Shown: positions 9,279 through 18,382 of the stretch, piece by piece
Position numbering within the stretch: the first letter of the stretch is position 1
Layout: each line of letters begins with the position of its first letter
NCBI RefSeq assembly: GCF_032907665.1
Contig: NZ_JAJJPG010000002.1
Span: 5,320 to 69,319, forward strand
Direction: 5' to 3'
DNA from: Intrasporangium sp.
GTDB taxonomy: Bacteria > Actinomycetota > Actinomycetes > Actinomycetales > Dermatophilaceae
Length of the DNA: 64,000 bases
Made by a program: the position numbers and the translations under genes
Notes under the pieces: model-generated
The model's database searches: none
The model's input: only the letters and a program-made list of their open reading frames with translations
Told to the model about the DNA's origin: nothing

Positions 9279-10399
9279 CCGACACCGTCAGCAACCCCAG
9301 CAACCCCAGCAACCCGAGCAACCCAGACGACCCGACCGCCCTGAGTTCCCCGGGGACCACGGACAGCACGCGGGACGGCGTGAACCGGATCGGCGAGGTC
9401 GTCCTCGAGACCAAGGGCCTGCGCAAGCACTACCCCTTGACCCAGGGCATCGTCTTCAAGAAGCAGGTGGGCGCGGTCCGCGCGGTCGACGGTGTCGACG
9501 TGCAGCTGCGCCGTGGCGAGACGCTCGGCGTCGTCGGCGAGTCCGGCTGTGGCAAGTCGACGCTCGCCCGCCTGCTCGTCGGCCTCGAGGAGCCGACGGA
9601 GGGGACGATCCTGCTCCAGGGACGGGACCTGTCGACGGTGTCGCCGCGCGACATGCGCAAGGTCCGCCGCAACATCCAGATGGTGATGCAGGACCCCTAC
9701 ACCTCGCTCAACCCCCGGATGACGGTCGGCGACATCATCGGGGAACCCTTCGACATCCATCCCGATGTCGTGCCGAAGAAGGGTCGCACGGCCCGAGTGC
9801 GCGAGCTGATCGACCTCGTGGGGCTCAACGCCGACCACATCAACCGCTACCCGCACCAGTTCTCGGGTGGACAGCGCCAGCGCATCGGCATCGCCAGGGC
9901 GCTCGCGCTCAACCCCGAGATCATCATCTGCGACGAGCCGGTCAGTGCGCTCGACGTGTCGATCCAGGCGCAGGTCGTCAACCTCCTCGAGCGCCTCCAG
10001 GACGAGTTCGGCCTCGCCTACGTCTTCATCGCCCACGACCTGTCGGTCGTGCGTCACATCGCGGACCGAGTGGCGGTGATGTATCTCGGCAAGATCGTCG
10101 AGACGGGCAACGAGGACGAGATCTACGAGCAGACGACGCACCCCTACAGCCAGGCGCTGCTCTCGGCCGTCCCGGTGCCGGACCCGACCCTGCGCGATCG
10201 CCGGACCCACATCATCCTGGAGGGCGACGTGCCCTCCCCGGCCAACCCGCCCTCCGGCTGTCGGTTCCGCACCCGCTGCTGGAAGGCCCAGGAGATCTGT
10301 GCCCAGGAGGAGCCGGCACTCATCACCCGGCCGGGCTCGGACCACCCGAGCGCGTGCCACTTCGCCGAGGCGAAGGACGTCGTCGGCGCGACGCTCTGA
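9275..10399 (+). CDS. oppF: Peptide ABC ATPase OppF
   Basis: GESGCGKS, YPHQFSGGQRQR, DEPVSALDVS; ATGA overlap with oppD. Confidence 0.93.
   Translation: MTDTVSNPSNPSNPSNPDDPTALSSPGTTDSTRDGVNRIGEVVLETKGLRKHYPLTQGIVFKKQVGAVRAVDGVDVQLRRGETLGVVGESGCGKSTLARLLVGLEEPTEGTILLQGRDLSTVSPRDMRKVRRNIQMVMQDPYTSLNPRMTVGDIIGEPFDIHPDVVPKKGRTARVRELIDLVGLNADHINRYPHQFSGGQRQRIGIARALALNPEIIICDEPVSALDVSIQAQVVNLLERLQDEFGLAYVFIAHDLSVVRHIADRVAVMYLGKIVETGNEDEIYEQTTHPYSQALLSAVPVPDPTLRDRRTHIILEGDVPSPANPPSGCRFRTRCWKAQEICAQEEPALITRPGSDHPSACHFAEAKDVVGATL
9290..9326 (+). repeat. 9-bp tandem repeat (AGCAACCCN x4) encoding SNP x4
   Basis: AGCAACCCC AGCAACCCC AGCAACCCG AGCAACCCA at the oppF N-terminus. Confidence 0.8.
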
Positions 10400-10405
10400 C
10401 CCCTG

Positions 10406-10433
10406 ACCGGAGATTCGCAGGAATCGTCTCGGT
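10406..10433 (+). terminator. Imperfect hairpin after oppF
   Basis: ACCGGAGATTC-GCAG-GAATCGTCTCGGT directly after the stop; bulged stem. Confidence 0.4.
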
Positions 10434-10514
10434 GGTCGTGTCGAGATGTGAGCTTCCCAGTCGACTCAGAGGTGAAAGGCAGTGAAACGCCCCACCTGAG
10501 TCGGAGGAAGTTCC

Positions 10515-12050
10515 ATGAGCACGACCACCGAGACCGCGTCCGTCCAGCCCGACGGCACCCGGCGACCTTCAGCTCGCCAATGGATCGCCCTGGGCGTCCT
10601 GGCCCTGACCGCGCTGCTGCTGAGCCTCGACGTCAGCGTTCTCTATCTGGCCCTTCCCGCCCTGTCGGCTGATCTTGGTGCGAGCACCACTCAGCAGCTG
10701 TGGATGCTCGACATCTACTCCTTCGTTCTGGCGGGCTTCCTCGTGACGATGGGCGCCGTCGGGGACCGAGTCGGACGGAAGCGTCTCCTGCTCATCGGAG
10801 CGGTCGCCTTCGGTGTCGCGAGCGCCTGTGCGGCCTACGCCTCGTCGCCGGGTCAGCTCGTCATGTGGCGGGCGGTGCTCGGGATCGCGGGCGCGACCCT
10901 GATGCCGTCGACGATGGGCCTGATCCGCACGATTTTCACCGACGAGAAGTCGATGACGACCGCGATCGGCGTCTGGTTCAGCTGCTTCATGGGCGGCATG
11001 GCGGTCGGCCCGCTCGTGGGCGGTCTTCTGCTCCAGCACTTCTGGTGGGGCTCGGCCTTCCTGCTCGGCGTGCCCTTCATGGTCCTGCTCGTTCTCGTCG
11101 GGCACCGGGTGCTGCCCGAGTCCGACCGCCAGACCGGTGTGCGGATCGACCTCGTGAGCGCCGTGCTGTCGCTGGCGATGACCCTTCCGGTCATCAACGG
11201 CTTCAAGGAGATCGCCCGGGGCGGAAGCACGACCGCCGCGAGCGTGTGGATCACCATCGGGCTCGGAATGGCGGTCTTCTTCGTCCGCCGTCAGAGGAGC
11301 ATCGACAACCCTCTCGTCGACCTCGCGCTGTTCCGGAGCAGGGCCTTCTCGACAGCGCTGACAGTGATGCTCATCGGCGGCGTCGTCATGGCGGGGGTCT
11401 CGTTCCTCAGCACGCAGTGGCTCCAGCTCGTCGCGGGGCTCGACCCGCTGGGCGCGGGCCTCTGGATGCTCCCGGCCAACCTGGCCCTGCTCGCTGGTTC
11501 GTCATCGTCCGCGTTGATCGCGCGCCGGCTCGGCACGGGCCGCACCATGGCCGGCGGTCTCGTCGTGTGCGCGGCGGGACTGGCCCTCTACACCCAGGTC
11601 GGACCGTCCGCCGGCCTCGGGTTGCTCGTCTTCGGCATGTGCCTGACCTCGTTCGGCATCATGGTCCCCTCGACGCTCACGATGTCGGTGATGCTGCAGT
11701 CCGCACCGCCGGAGCGTGCCGGCTCGGTCGCGTCGATGTCGGAGACCTCAGGCGAGTTCGGGATCGCGGTGGGGATCGCGGGCCTCGGCTCGCTCGCCAC
11801 CTTCGTCTACCGGGACGAGCTCAGCCCGTATGCCGCTGAGCACGCTCCCGGCGCCGCGACCGTCGCGCTCGACTCCCTCGCAGGCGCGGTCCAGGCCGCT
11901 GCGGCCCTCCCCGGTACCGCTGGTCGGGAGCTGCTCTCTGCCGCACAGGACGCCTTCACCACGGGCCTCAACGTCGTTGCGGGGGTGGGCGCCGGGCTCT
12001 TCCTCCTCGTCGCAGCGGTGGCGCTCCGGGTGCTTCGCGGGGCCCACTGA
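10515..12050 (+). CDS. 14-TMS MFS efflux pump (QacA/SmvA-like, DHA2)
   Basis: WMLDIYS, GDRVGRKRLL (motif A), GPLVGGLLL, LVDLALFR. Confidence 0.88.
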   Translation: MSTTTETASVQPDGTRRPSARQWIALGVLALTALLLSLDVSVLYLALPALSADLGASTTQQLWMLDIYSFVLAGFLVTMGAVGDRVGRKRLLLIGAVAFGVASACAAYASSPGQLVMWRAVLGIAGATLMPSTMGLIRTIFTDEKSMTTAIGVWFSCFMGGMAVGPLVGGLLLQHFWWGSAFLLGVPFMVLLVLVGHRVLPESDRQTGVRIDLVSAVLSLAMTLPVINGFKEIARGGSTTAASVWITIGLGMAVFFVRRQRSIDNPLVDLALFRSRAFSTALTVMLIGGVVMAGVSFLSTQWLQLVAGLDPLGAGLWMLPANLALLAGSSSSALIARRLGTGRTMAGGLVVCAAGLALYTQVGPSAGLGLLVFGMCLTSFGIMVPSTLTMSVMLQSAPPERAGSVASMSETSGEFGIAVGIAGLGSLATFVYRDELSPYAAEHAPGAATVALDSLAGAVQAAAALPGTAGRELLSAAQDAFTTGLNVVAGVGAGLFLLVAAVALRVLRGAH

Positions 12051-12097
12051 GCGCACGGCGGCGTCCACCTGCCGAAATGCACTCGCATAATCGTGCC

Positions 12098-12112
12098 TTA
12101 TGTAACACATAA
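12098..12112. promoter_or_regulatory. Palindrome TTATGT-AAC-ACATAA overlapping a leaderless -10
   Basis: Perfect 6-bp inverted repeat; CATAAT at 12108-12113 lies 5 nt before the ATG at 12119. Confidence 0.6.
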
Positions 12113-12118
12113 TGTGCC

Positions 12119-12637
12119 ATGAGTCTCTCGCGCTTCCCCAGCATCGTCGACGACGTGACCGTCCGGCTCATCGCCGGCGTGGTCCTCCTCCTCTCCGCTA
12201 CAGCCCTGGGCACCCAGCAGTGGTGGTTGCTCGCCGTCCTCGCGGTCGACTTCAGCCTGCGTGCCGCCCTCGGTCCGCACGCGAGCCCGGTCGCCCGGCT
12301 CGTCCAGCACTGGGTCCGGCCCCACGTCACGGCGACACCGCGACCCACGGCCGGCACCCCCAAACGGTTCGCCGCGGCGATCGGTGCGGTGCTGACCGTC
12401 ACCGCAACCGCTGCGTGGCTCGTGCAGCTCGCCTCGGGATCCGGCGCAGCCTTCGCAGTGCTCGTCGGCAGCACGGTCGTCATGGTCGTCTTCCCCGCGC
12501 TCGAGTCCCTCCTCGGGATCTGCGTCGGGTGCGTCCTCTTCGGCCAGCTCATGAGAATCGGTGTGGTGCCCGAGGAGATCTGCCTCGACTGCGCCGACAT
12601 CACGCGCCGAGCCGCGCTGCGCACCGCATCGTCCTGA
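12119..12637 (+). CDS. DUF4395 family membrane protein
   Basis: PKRFAAAIG and LESLLGICVGC motifs characteristic of DUF4395. Confidence 0.85.
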   Translation: MSLSRFPSIVDDVTVRLIAGVVLLLSATALGTQQWWLLAVLAVDFSLRAALGPHASPVARLVQHWVRPHVTATPRPTAGTPKRFAAAIGAVLTVTATAAWLVQLASGSGAAFAVLVGSTVVMVVFPALESLLGICVGCVLFGQLMRIGVVPEEICLDCADITRRAALRTASS

Positions 12638-12680
12638 CGAGCGCCCACCCCGGCGGGCCACTGATGGGCGGTGTGGACCC

Positions 12681-14297
12681 TCAGGCGTCCTGCCCGACGC
12701 GACCCTCAGGACGGCTCAAGGCCCGCAGGGCGACCTTGTCGATCTTGCCGACCGGAAGCAGCGGCAGGTCCCTGCGCAGGTGGAACGTCTTGGGCACCTT
12801 GTAGTTCGCAAGGTGCGCTCGACAGTGCGCGTCGAGGTCTCTCGGGGAGATCGCATCGGAGATGGTCAGCACCCAGGCCTCGCCGACCTCGCCGAACATC
12901 GGGTCAGGCACTCCCAGCACGGCGGCCGTGCTCACCCCCGGGTGCAGCTCCAGGACCTGCTCGACCTCTCGGGGGTAGACGTTGTAGCCGCCGGACTTGA
13001 ACATGTCCCGGAGCCGGCCCACGATCCGGAGCCGGCCGTCGGGCCCAACCTCGGCCAGGTCGCCGGTGCGCAACCAGCCGTCGTCGGTGACCGTGGCGGC
13101 GGTGTCCTCGGGCCGCCCCCAGTACCCGGTCATCACGGTCGGACCACGGACCTGCAGCTCCCCGGCGGACGGGGGATCGTCCTCGGCCTGCGGCGCCACC
13201 CGCACCTCGATCCGCGGGTCCGGCAGTCCGACCCAGTCGACGAGCTCCTCGTCGCCCGCGCCCTCCGGGGAGTAGAGGACCTCGCCGCCCGTCTCGGTCT
13301 GCCCGTAGCTCGTGTACAGCCGATCGCAGAACCGGCGGAGCCGCTCCACCAAGGGCCGCGACGCGGCGGCGCCACTCCAGATGAGGACCTGGACGGAGGC
13401 GAAGTCCTCGTCCGTGGGGGCTCCGCGGTCGAGGAGCAGCTGGTACATCGTCGGCACCTGGTGGATGACCGTGACACCGCGATCCCGGACGACGGTGGGC
13501 AGGGCGACAGGGTCGAACCGCTCCATCAGGACATTGGCCCCTCCGGCCACCAGGGCGTGACAGGCGATCTGAACTGCCCCGCCGATGTGGTTGATCGGGA
13601 GGTTGTTGAGGATCCGGAGGGGCTGCGCCCACCAGTGGGCACACTGGATCCGGGCCGTCGTCACCACGGACCGGTGGCTCAGCATCGCGCCCTTCGGCGT
13701 CCCGGTCGTGCCCGAGGTGTAGACGATCGCGACGGTGTCGTCGGCCGTCACCTCGGCGACGGCGGCCGCGAGAGCGTCGTCGGTGACCGACTGCCCGGTG
13801 GCGAGGACGTCGCGCCAGCCAGTCAGCCCCCGGGCGGCCCCGCCCAGGGACACCACCACGGCATCGGCGAGGCAGCCCTCGGCGAACGCGCCGAAGGTCT
13901 CCCGGTAGTCCCTCCCGTCGTACTCGGGCGTCACGACGACGAGCCGCGGCGCGGCGTCGCGGAGCACCACCTCGAGCTCATCGGAGGTGTGCCGTGGGTT
14001 GAGGCCCACCCAAGCCGCGCCGATGCGGGCAGCGGCCATGAAGTGTGCCAGGTGCACCGGGCTCGGCGGCGCGAGGATGGCCACCCGGTCGCCTCGCCGC
14101 ACCCCCTGCGCGAGCATGGCGCGGGCCAGCTCGTTGATCTCGCCGTCGAACGCCTCATAGCTGAGGACGTCGGAAGGGGTGACGACTGCGTCCGCGTGCG
14201 GCGTGTGCCGGGCGAAGTACGCCGGGTAGTCGCCGATCCGGTCGAGCGCCGGTGTCCTGTCGAGGCCGGTCGCCGACGCGTGGATCGCCCCCTTCAC
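12681..14297 (-). CDS. Class I adenylate-forming acyl-CoA ligase
   Basis: YTSGTTGTPKG, YGQTE, WLRTGDL, KSGGYNVYPREVE, GKIDK; GTG start overlaps the upstream stop. Confidence 0.92.
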   Translation of the reverse strand: MKGAIHASATGLDRTPALDRIGDYPAYFARHTPHADAVVTPSDVLSYEAFDGEINELARAMLAQGVRRGDRVAILAPPSPVHLAHFMAAARIGAAWVGLNPRHTSDELEVVLRDAAPRLVVVTPEYDGRDYRETFGAFAEGCLADAVVVSLGGAARGLTGWRDVLATGQSVTDDALAAAVAEVTADDTVAIVYTSGTTGTPKGAMLSHRSVVTTARIQCAHWWAQPLRILNNLPINHIGGAVQIACHALVAGGANVLMERFDPVALPTVVRDRGVTVIHQVPTMYQLLLDRGAPTDEDFASVQVLIWSGAAASRPLVERLRRFCDRLYTSYGQTETGGEVLYSPEGAGDEELVDWVGLPDPRIEVRVAPQAEDDPPSAGELQVRGPTVMTGYWGRPEDTAATVTDDGWLRTGDLAEVGPDGRLRIVGRLRDMFKSGGYNVYPREVEQVLELHPGVSTAAVLGVPDPMFGEVGEAWVLTISDAISPRDLDAHCRAHLANYKVPKTFHLRRDLPLLPVGKIDKVALRALSRPEGRVGQDA

Positions 14298-15157
14298 GGC
14301 ACCAGGGCCTCGAGCTCGAGCAGCCGCATCGTGTTCTCGCCCAGGAGTCGCCGCCGCGTGCTGTCCTTGAGCTCGATGGCCTCCCACTCGGCGAGCGCCC
14401 GGCCGTGGCTGAACACCGGCCAGTCCGTGGCGAAGAGGCAGTTCTCGCTGAGCATGTTGTCGATGAGCGACATCAGCGTCGCCCACCCGCTGTCGGGCCT
14501 GCGGAGGTAGCGCGGTGACATCCCACCGAAGTCGAAGGACACCGTCGGATGCCGGCGGACCACGGCGGCGAGCTCGGCGGCCCAGGGCCAGGCTGCGTGG
14601 CAGGCCACCAACCGCAGTCCGGGGAAGGCACAGGCGACCCGGTCGAGCAGCATCGGGTGCTCCGCCATCATCGGGCTCTTCCGGTCGTAGTTCACGCCGG
14701 TGTGGATGGCCACGACGAGACCGAGCTCGTCGGCCGCCGCATACACCGCGAAGAGCTCGCGGTCATCGATGCTGCGACCGAAGAAGGCCGGCTGGACGTT
14801 GATGCCCTTGAGGCCGAGCGCATGGCAACGCCGCACCTGACGAACCATCCTCGTGACGTCCCCCTGCCCCAGCGACACGGTCCCGAAGCCGGTCCGCTGC
14901 GCCGGTGCGGTCGCGACGAAGCCCGCCACCGACTCGTTCAGCGCATCGGCGATGTCGCCGAACTCATGCTCGGCGTGGACCACCGCGTGGTCGACACCGG
15001 CATCGTCGAGCTCGGCGACGAGATCGGCCTCCGTGCGTTGCAGGGACGCGGAGACCCCCAGGACCGAGTCGTACTGCGGGTAGTGGTCGGTGAAACCGTC
15101 GCGGACGTGCGCCGGCCAGAGCTCGAGCGGGAGCCGGACCCGGAAGTCGACGATCAT
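14294..15157 (-). CDS. Amidohydrolase_2 family protein
   Basis: IHTG, CHAAWPW and FATDWP motifs; the N-terminal HxH is replaced by DFRVR. Confidence 0.8.
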   Translation of the reverse strand: MIVDFRVRLPLELWPAHVRDGFTDHYPQYDSVLGVSASLQRTEADLVAELDDAGVDHAVVHAEHEFGDIADALNESVAGFVATAPAQRTGFGTVSLGQGDVTRMVRQVRRCHALGLKGINVQPAFFGRSIDDRELFAVYAAADELGLVVAIHTGVNYDRKSPMMAEHPMLLDRVACAFPGLRLVACHAAWPWAAELAAVVRRHPTVSFDFGGMSPRYLRRPDSGWATLMSLIDNMLSENCLFATDWPVFSHGRALAEWEAIELKDSTRRRLLGENTMRLLELEALVP

Positions 15158-15864
15158 GACCCCGCCCTCGCTGTCGCCTTCGCCCCGACCATGCCGTGGC
15201 CCCCGCGCTCCTCGTAGATCGCGAGGTACGGCGCGATGTCGCCCACGCTCACCTGCTCGGCGTCCACCTCGCCGCCCCCGGCATCGGTGGCGCGCAGCAG
15301 GCCCAGGCTCATCTGGACGAACCGCAGGCCGATGACGTCCTCCGACATCCGCCCCCGGGGCCGGTACCACGTCGCCACCTCGGTGCACATGCCGAGCAGC
15401 GCGAGGGTGGCGAGGCGCGGGTCGGCGACGGCGAACCGACCGGCCTCGATACCCCTGACGATCGTCTCGCGCCACAGGTCCTCGTACTCGTCGCGCATCG
15501 CCGTGATCCGCCGCTGGTTTGCGGGGCCCAGCTGGGCGACCTCCCGGTCGACGACCATCGCCTCCATCCGGTGCCGTGCGTGCACGGCCACATGGAGCTG
15601 AACGAGTCCGGCCAGGGTCGGCACCGGGTCGCCGCCCGTCGCGCGGGAGAGCTCGCGGGCTGCGTTGACCAGACCCGTCATTGCGCCGAACATCACCTGC
15701 TCGAGGAGGTCGTCCTTGGAGCCCATGTAGTGGTAGAGCGATCCCTGGGTCAGGCCCGACGCCACGGCGATGTCGCGGGTGCTGGTCCCGGCGAAGCCCT
15801 GGCGGGCGAAGAGGGTGAGTGCCGCCTGCCAGATGCGCTCGCCGGTTGATGCTCGTGTGTTCAT
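15154..15864 (-). CDS. TetR family regulator (KstR2/PaaR-like)
   Basis: GFAGTSTRDIAVASGLTQGSLYHYMGSKDDLL; C-terminal EVATWYRPRG. Confidence 0.88.
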   Translation of the reverse strand: MNTRASTGERIWQAALTLFARQGFAGTSTRDIAVASGLTQGSLYHYMGSKDDLLEQVMFGAMTGLVNAARELSRATGGDPVPTLAGLVQLHVAVHARHRMEAMVVDREVAQLGPANQRRITAMRDEYEDLWRETIVRGIEAGRFAVADPRLATLALLGMCTEVATWYRPRGRMSEDVIGLRFVQMSLGLLRATDAGGGEVDAEQVSVGDIAPYLAIYEERGGHGMVGAKATARAGS

Positions 15865-16943
15865 GCTGGTCTCCCGGAGATCGGTTCGGACGGGTCGCGC
15901 CGCGGTGCCGACGATATCGAGCCCGTCAGGGCCCGCGCCGGGTTGGCGATGAGGAGCTGGTGCACCTCCGAGGAGGTCATCCCCATGCGGTGCATCAGCG
16001 GGACCACGCGATGGAGCACGTGGTGCAGGCCCTCCCCGCCGTAGCGACGCAGGTGCACCTTCGTGCAGATGTCCTGGCTGACCAGGACGCGGTCACCGAG
16101 TCCTGCGTCGAGCAGGGCACGGATGAGGCGCACCCTGCCGGCGTCGTTCGGCATGCCGGTGAAGCCGGGGACGAAGTAGTAGCTCGACTCCTGGCCGAAG
16201 AGGTCGAACTCGAGCATGCAGCCGGTGCGGGCGAGCTCGATCATGGCCGCGACCGAGGTGAGCGTGCGCTCCACGTGGCAGATGATGGTGCGGGTCGGGT
16301 CACCTCCCGCATCCTCGACCACCTCCATGGCCGCACGGGGGGAGTCCGGGTGCCGTCCGGGGTGGATCTGCAGCGCCACGCCGGTGCGACTCTGCGCCCG
16401 ACAGGCCGCGCGCAGGGACCGCAGCTCGACCGGGTGGTGTGGCCAGGACAGGCCGACCTCGCCGATGAGGCCCGCCCGGATGCCGGTGTCACCGACACCG
16501 AGGGTCAGGTCGGACTCGATCTCCTCGGCAAGCGACTCCTCGGACCGTTCGTGGGTGTCCTCGCTCATCGACGCAGCGACGTACCATCCGGAACCCATGA
16601 CGACGTTGACGCCGGTCCGGGTCGAGAGCTCGGCGAGCGCGTGCGGGTCTCGACCGATGCCGATGCTCGTGGCATCCACCACGGTGCGTCCGCCGGCGCG
16701 GGCGAACCAGCCGAGCTCGTCGGCGGCGACCTCGACGTCGTCGACCCGAAGCACGTCCTCGTTGAGCAGGTGGGCGGCGAGCTCGTAGCGATTGCCGAGC
16801 TCGAGGGGCTCGTCGCGTGCGGGGTCGGGGTCGCGGTCCTCCGGGAGGTACAGCCGGAAGTCGGACACCAGGTGCTCGTGCATCTGGGTGACGCCCAGAT
16901 CCTCCGCCCGGAGCGGCCCGGTCACGGTCTGTACGACGGTCAT
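15861..16943 (-). CDS. Phosphotriesterase-family hydrolase (PTER/PHP-like)
   Basis: MHEH, IGEVG, IHPGR, CHVER, FDLFG and SQDICTK..L..YGG motifs. Confidence 0.88.
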   Translation of the reverse strand: MTVVQTVTGPLRAEDLGVTQMHEHLVSDFRLYLPEDRDPDPARDEPLELGNRYELAAHLLNEDVLRVDDVEVAADELGWFARAGGRTVVDATSIGIGRDPHALAELSTRTGVNVVMGSGWYVAASMSEDTHERSEESLAEEIESDLTLGVGDTGIRAGLIGEVGLSWPHHPVELRSLRAACRAQSRTGVALQIHPGRHPDSPRAAMEVVEDAGGDPTRTIICHVERTLTSVAAMIELARTGCMLEFDLFGQESSYYFVPGFTGMPNDAGRVRLIRALLDAGLGDRVLVSQDICTKVHLRRYGGEGLHHVLHRVVPLMHRMGMTSSEVHQLLIANPARALTGSISSAPRRDPSEPISGRPA

Positions 16944-18382
16944 GCGACGTGCACCCCTCCGTCCGCGAGGGCGAGCACCGGCACTCGCTGGTGCCAGGGC
17001 GCGGCCCGCTCCACCTGCCCTGCCAGCTGGAGCAGCTCCCAGTCTGCCCGAGGAGCGCCGACGAACTGCACACCGCCGGGGAGGCCGTCGGCGCGGACGT
17101 GCAGCGGAAGCGAGATCGCGGGCAGACCGAACATGTTGAAGGTGGAGGTGAAGCCGGCGTGGTGGTACGCCCGGAAGAGGACCGACATCGGGTCGACCTC
17201 GACCTCCTCGAAGAGCCAGCCGATGGGCGGCGGGCCCGAGGGGGTCGTCGGCGTGATCAGCGCGTCGAGTCGCCCCTCACTCCACGGCGTGAGGCACTGC
17301 GCCGTGACGCGCTGCATCGCGGCGACCGCCTCGACCACCGCCGGCACGCTGAGCTGCGCGGCCCGGCGGTGCAGCTCCCTCGTCAGCGGCTCGGTGCGCT
17401 CGAAGTCGACCCCGGGGAAGGCGCCATGAGAGGCGATCCAGATCGTGGTGAACAGCCGCTCGATCAGCTCGGGGTCGAAGCCGGGCAGGTCGACCTCGAA
17501 GACCTTGTGCCCGAGGTCGCTGAGCAGCGCTGCCGCTGCGTCCACCGCGCGCATGGCCTCGTCCTCGACGGGAACCGGCAGGCCCGGTCGGCGCAGCACA
17601 CCGATGCGTTGCGGAGCCGGGTCCTCGGTGACGGCGTCTGCGAAGGGCCGGCCGGGCGCGGGGAGCACGTACCACCGGCGGGGGTCCTGGACGGACAGGA
17701 TGTCGAGGGCCGCTGCGGTATCGGCGACGGTGCGGCTGAGCACCCCCTCCGTCGCGAAACCCGGCGAAGGGGTGTAGAAGTCCGCGACCCGTCCACGGCT
17801 GGGCTTGAGGCCGACCAGGCCGGTGAACGACGCCGGCTCACGGATCGAGCCACCCCCGTCACTGCCGTGTGCGATCGGCACGAGCCCGGCCGCGAGGCCT
17901 GCCGCGGCACCGCCGCTGGATCCTCCCGGGCTGCGCGTGAGATCCCAGGGGTTGCGGGTGGCTCCATGCATGGCGGACTCGGTCACCGAGATCGAACCGA
18001 ACTCGGGGGACGTCGTCAAACCGACGAAGACGAAGCCGGCCGCACGCAACCGAGCCACGTACGGGTCATCGGCTTCGGCCGGGACGTCGGGGGTGCCGAA
18101 CGAGCAGTATCGGTTGACCCAGCCCCGCACGTCGTTGAGACCCTTGACCGACAGCGGAACGCCGAAGAAGGGGGGCAGGTCCTCTTCTCCGCGGGCGAGC
18201 CGGTCGCCCATCGCGCGAGCCGCCGCGCGGGCTTCGTCGTCGGCGCGGAAGAGGAAGGAGTTCAGGGACGGGTCGAGCCGGTCGATGCGCTCGAGATAGA
18301 GGTCGAGAACCTCCAGCGGACTGACCTCTCCGTTGCGGATGGCGGCACTCCAGTCGAGCGCACTGCTGAACGGGCCGAGCAT
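16940..18382 (-). CDS. Amidase-signature family amidase
   Basis: GVPLSVKG, PGGSSGG and GSDGGGSIREPAS (Lys-Ser-Ser triad). Confidence 0.92.
   Translation of the reverse strand: MLGPFSSALDWSAAIRNGEVSPLEVLDLYLERIDRLDPSLNSFLFRADDEARAAARAMGDRLARGEEDLPPFFGVPLSVKGLNDVRGWVNRYCSFGTPDVPAEADDPYVARLRAAGFVFVGLTTSPEFGSISVTESAMHGATRNPWDLTRSPGGSSGGAAAGLAAGLVPIAHGSDGGGSIREPASFTGLVGLKPSRGRVADFYTPSPGFATEGVLSRTVADTAAALDILSVQDPRRWYVLPAPGRPFADAVTEDPAPQRIGVLRRPGLPVPVEDEAMRAVDAAAALLSDLGHKVFEVDLPGFDPELIERLFTTIWIASHGAFPGVDFERTEPLTRELHRRAAQLSVPAVVEAVAAMQRVTAQCLTPWSEGRLDALITPTTPSGPPPIGWLFEEVEVDPMSVLFRAYHHAGFTSTFNMFGLPAISLPLHVRADGLPGGVQFVGAPRADWELLQLAGQVERAAPWHQRVPVLALADGGVHVA

Noticed and set aside
10462-10503. Hammerhead or known riboswitch identity for the MFS leader
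   Set aside because: GAAA is present but there is no CUGANGA core, and I could not match any known aptamer consensus by eye.
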